The notes beneath the pieces were generated by a model. That model saw only the letters and a list, made by a program, of their open reading frames with translations. It was not told where the DNA came from and did not search any database. Below are positions 59,073-64,000 of a stretch of DNA of 64,000 bases, piece by piece. Within the stretch, counting starts at the first letter, position 1; each line of letters begins with the position of its first letter. The position numbers were made by a program, and so were the translations under genes. Origin of the DNA: the human T2T-CHM13v2.0 reference genome, Homo sapiens; the NCBI RefSeq assembly GCF_009914755.1, contig NC_060927.1. One strand, given 5' to 3'.

Positions 59073-61440
59073 CCTAAGCAATCATTCTAAGTGCCATTGC
59101 AATGAAGTAAAATATAAAGCATGGAGGGAAAAAAAAGAAATAACTCAACCCCTAAAAGAAATCTAGAGAAATTCCGAAGACTACACACAGAATACATAAT
59201 TCTAAAAATTATAGGATCTTTTAAGAAAACATACAATTACATATTCAATAAACATTAAGACTATTACATCCAAGAATATAGTTAATGACTATTAAATAAA
59301 CAGTTAATGATGAGATGAATTCCTCTTGAATCTTTAAATATTCTTTACAAATTAAGGTCTCACAGGTTGGAACACTATCATTCTTTTCTCTCCTTTCTTC
59401 TACAAAAAATCTGTATTTTGCCAGGTATAGGTGATTTTAGAGTAAAAAGAACTGGAAATAGATATGTATGTACAATGATGAAAGTAAATACAACCATCAA
59501 GAAATAAGAAAGCGATGAAATAGTTTGTATTATGGGAAAGAGATAATGACTATCAGTAAGAAGTAGCACTAGATATGCATTTGGATAATTTCTTGTCAAT
59601 TGATTTTTTTAACAGCATTCCAGTAGGTTATAAAAGATGGTCAAGAATTGGAGTGACCTTTGGATAATGGACTCAGGCACTAGAGGTGGAAACAGTGATG
59701 ATGGGAAGAAACAGTGGTAAATAATAGGATTCTACACAATGAAGCTTGCTACTTTCATCCTTCCTTGTTCAGATATATCTAAATATTTAAACATAAATGC
59801 CCCCATCTTGTGTAGATAAAGCCAAGGCACAAGGCAGCAAACTTTGAGCTTGATCTCTAAATGTGACAACTCCTCTGGAAAAGTAGAGAAAACTACTGAA
59901 TAAACTAGTGAATATAATTCAGTCAATAAAGCACAGGTCTGGGAATTACTCACCTGACCAATGAGTGAGGCATGGGGAATATTCGTAAGATGAGACGCAG
60001 TGACCTATGGCTGACCATTTAAAAAAAATTATATGTTCATGAGAACATATAATTTTCAATTTGAGCACTAGTCACGTGGGGAAATGTAATGCTACTGACA
60101 TATTAGGATGGATAAAGATGAACATACTGAAGTGCAAAAAAAACACACACACATACACTGAACCACACACTTTAAATTGAAGAAAGTTAAACATTAATTT
60201 TGACATTTAACAAAAACTTAACTGTGATATTCAATAAAAGAACCCAGCTTAAATGTAAATGTTTAAATCATGAATGAGATTGTATAGTATGTACTTTATC
60301 AGGAGAAAAAGGTTATTTCCTGTAGGCATACCTTTATTCATCATTATTTGAAGGTATACTTGGTCAAAGTGCAAATACTTTTATTAAACATAACCAAAAA
60401 TAATGCCCACCTAAACAGTCACAAACTGTAATTTTCTTCCTTTTTCTGGCACACCAATAAAAGATCAAATACCAAACAAAAGCTCTCTTGAAAAAAAATT
60501 GGATGACTACATAATTTAGAAGAAAAAAGCATGAAACATTTTTATTTTTTAAAAAAAGTATTTCTAAAAAAAATGTGAGAAAGTGTTCAATTTTCCAGAT
60601 TTTATAATCATATTTAAAATATACTATGCCCACATTGAAGGAAGAAAGAAAAAAAGATGATAAAATACAACATATTTCACAGTACACAGATACAAGAAAA
60701 GTAAGCTTGCTAATACATTTAAAATATCTATGGAATCAATGTTTACATTAAGGGATCAATCAGGAAACAGAACTTTATGGACAGTATAATTTTTTAGATA
60801 ATGGTGATTCATTTGTACAAGCATTAAATAAAACAGAGAAAAAGAATGCTTTTTATAATTATTTTTCTAAAATGTATCCCACAACCACCTGTCGCATTAA
60901 ACACTTGTTGAGATTGATTTGTATACTCCGACGTGCCTGGAATACAAACATTTTCCCCTTTAATTCAGTAAGAAAATATTAGGCTTTTATATGTATCTTG
61001 GACAGCAGTTTTCAACCCTGAAAAGCAGTAGGAACTCCTGAGGAATATCTTAAAGATGCCTTAGACTGATTTCTAACCACTGCCACCATCCTACCAATTG
61101 TTCTTGATTCAGATTTTGTGACCTGCAGTCTAATGCTTTAGGAGATAAAAGCTAGACCTGAGAAGGTAAAAGACAGAGTAGCTACAAGTACCAGTGTTCC
61201 AGTAACAAAATGATAGATCTTTATTTTTAAAAAATAATAATAATAAATTATCATAAAGGAAAGAAAACATCAGGTTACAGGGAATATATTTCCTAAAACC
61301 CTGGTAATAATACTTTTGCAAATCAGAAATATTTCACAATAAAATTTGTCTCAATCTCTACTTTGCATTTTAAATATATTTATGTTTTAACAAAAATTTA
61401 CAATTATATTTAATCCTTCATTGCCTAATCTTCCTACTAA

Positions 61441-61756
<316 letters not shown>

Positions 61757-62482
61757 CTTCCTGCTATTTTATTATTCTCAAATAATAAAATTTAAATATC
61801 TTTATAAACTTAAGTTAATCTCACTCAAATCATTGAAGGCTTCCATGCTGGCTCAGAAATTTATCCATCGGTGGTCCTGAGCATACCTATGATTGTCCTT
61901 AAACTCACATCATTTACTTATGAAAAAGTTTCCACTATACTTGGGAATGCTGTCATAAAAGAGTCTGGTAAATTTACTCAAGCCTCTGATCTTACCCTGT
62001 TGTTCTAACCCATCAATATTTTTTAAATTTTGCAATTTCCATACTATGCATCACATCAATCATTTTGCCAAACATTAACAGTTTTGTAAAAAAAAAAAAA
62101 AAGAAAAAAGAAAATGAAAGTTACCAATGTTACTTTAAATGCCATTACTAAAACTTGATACTTTTCTTCTCAATACATAATTTTTATTTTAAAATTGTAG
62201 CAGATAATGGCTCTTTAGTCAGTCAAACTGCCTTTCTGCTTTCTTTCCTTGTATTAGAGAACATGGAAAGCTTAAAAATCACATTTTTCTCCCTCTCTTG
62301 CAGCTAGATTTCAACATGGTTAATGAACTCATATAAGAAACGGAAGGAAGAAGCAAGTACGTGAGGTAGATCATATAGGGATCAATTGGTTTTGCCTGAG
62401 AATGCAGAGTGATGCTTAATGTAATAAAATCCATTATCTACATAGTCACAAAGAGTGGAAAACTCAAAGATAATTATCGAGC

Positions 62483-63318
62483 TGATATGGAAGTGCTAGG
62501 AAGGGAAAAGTATGGTCCCTTTAAATAATACAGAAGAGGGAAGGGAAGTGCTGGGTAGAGAAAGCTGGGTCCCTGGCTAGGGCTCCACTCTCATGGACCT
62601 AGGTGAGGACAAGCACTCCTGCCCTTCCAGCCGAAATGTTGCATTTTCCAATACCACCCTGGCCCGCCAGGAACCATCATGGGCCTATAAAAACCCAAGA
62701 CCCCAGTGGGCAGACACATAGGTGGCCAGACGTCGAGAGGACCACATCAGCGTAAGCAGCTGGAAGGCAGGAGGACGCGGAGGGGGCACGCCAGCTGAAG
62801 AGCACCCTAACAGACATCAGCATGCCCGCAGGCCATATACTGGTGGGACAAGACAGAGTTTGGCCGGGGCAATCTGAGGAGAGCCAGAGCCACGGAAGGG
62901 CCCAACTCCAGGGGAAAACCACCTCCCTACTAGCTCTGCCATCAGCAGAGAGCTACTTCCACTCGATAAAACCTTGCATTCATTCTCCAAGCCCAGATGT
63001 GATCCTATTCTTCCAGTATACCAAGGCAAGAACCCGGGATACAGAAAACCCTCTGTCCTTGTGACAGGGCAGAGGGTCTAATTGAGCTGGTTAACACAAG
63101 CAGCATATAGACAGCAAACTAAAAGCACACGGTAGCACACGCCCACTGGGGCTTCATGAGCTGTAAACATTCACCCCCAGGCACTGCCGTGGGGTTGGAG
63201 CCCCACAGCCTGCCCGTCTGTGAGTTCTCGCAGAGGTTTGAGCAGCGGGGCACTGAAGTAGTGAGCCACACCCCCATCGCGCGCCCTGTGAGGGGACAAG
63301 GGAACCTTTCCCATTTCA
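62483..63318 (+). mobile_element. ERV1 solo LTR (LTR1/MER52-related), GC-rich
   Basis: TGATA...TTTCA termini, TATAAAA at 62686-62692, 'ccaactccaggggaaaaccacc', 'gagctgtaaacattcacccc', 'ggggacaagggaacctttcccatttca'. Confidence 0.85.
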
Positions 63319-64000
63319 ATGTCATCATTAATTAGTTCATGACACTAATAATTTCCATTTGTACCTTCCTACACATAATTATGTGCACATTCGGAATCAG
63401 CTTTTTCATGAGAAATAATCATAAAAAGGGGCTGTGCATAGAAAAAAAAATATTTTCTCCGTGCATTTGGTTTCAAAATTCAAATTTTAAAATTTATTTT
63501 TTATAAGCAGAGTTTATTACAGTTATGCAAAAAGACACAGAAGTTGGCAATACCTAGGAATGCTAGGGGCAGAGAGGATGAAGAGGAGGGTCAATCTGTA
63601 TTTCAACTAAGATGAGAAGCAGTACTCTTTTTATGAAAAATAAGAAGAACATAATTTGACTTAACCTAGGACCTCATTTCAGAAGAACACAACACATCTG
63701 GAATATCAGAAAGTTTGGAATCAAAATAAGTTTGAGAGAAGAAGTGGAATAAGGTTCACATGAGCAAAGCTGGAGGCAGAACCTGGATTGAAGGCTTAAA
63801 GAATGGTAAGGAAATGACAGAGCCTGGAAAATTAAATGGCAAAAATAGAAAACTTGAATGTGTCAAAAAAAAAAAAAAAAAAACCTGCCAGCACTACGAA
63901 GACAAATAGTACAGATATGTCCAAACCTGAGAGCAGCTGGGCCTAAAACGCCCCAACATTTTGAAAAGAAAAAGAAAACCAACAAAATTTCTTCAGATGT

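Overview
AT-rich human genomic DNA lying entirely inside GBE1 (glycogen branching enzyme, GH13 family), which is transcribed on the minus strand. Four coding exons with canonical GT-AG boundaries are present: 49221-49346, 48281-48416, 45817-45907 and 42206-42415. From recall of the gene these are exons 4-7; positions 1-42205 are intron 7 and 49347-64000 are intron 3. The rest is mostly interspersed repeats: about 20 Alus, young and old L1, L2, MaLR/ERV solo LTRs and DNA transposon fossils. The most notable items are: (1) a SET (TAF-I alpha isoform) processed pseudogene with a 5' inversion, so GBE1 pre-mRNA carries both sense and antisense SET sequence; (2) a human-specific pre-Ta L1HS next to two 5'-inverted older L1PAs, all in sense with the gene; (3) AluSp-like copies around exons 4-7 that predict a ~25.5 kb deletion substrate and a back-splicing substrate; (4) several long near-perfect palindromes. 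I found no convincing new protein-coding system. Nearly all ORF-track entries are repeat-derived or chance ORFs. Repeat family names come from recalled consensus sequences, not a database search, and boundaries of old repeats are approximate.
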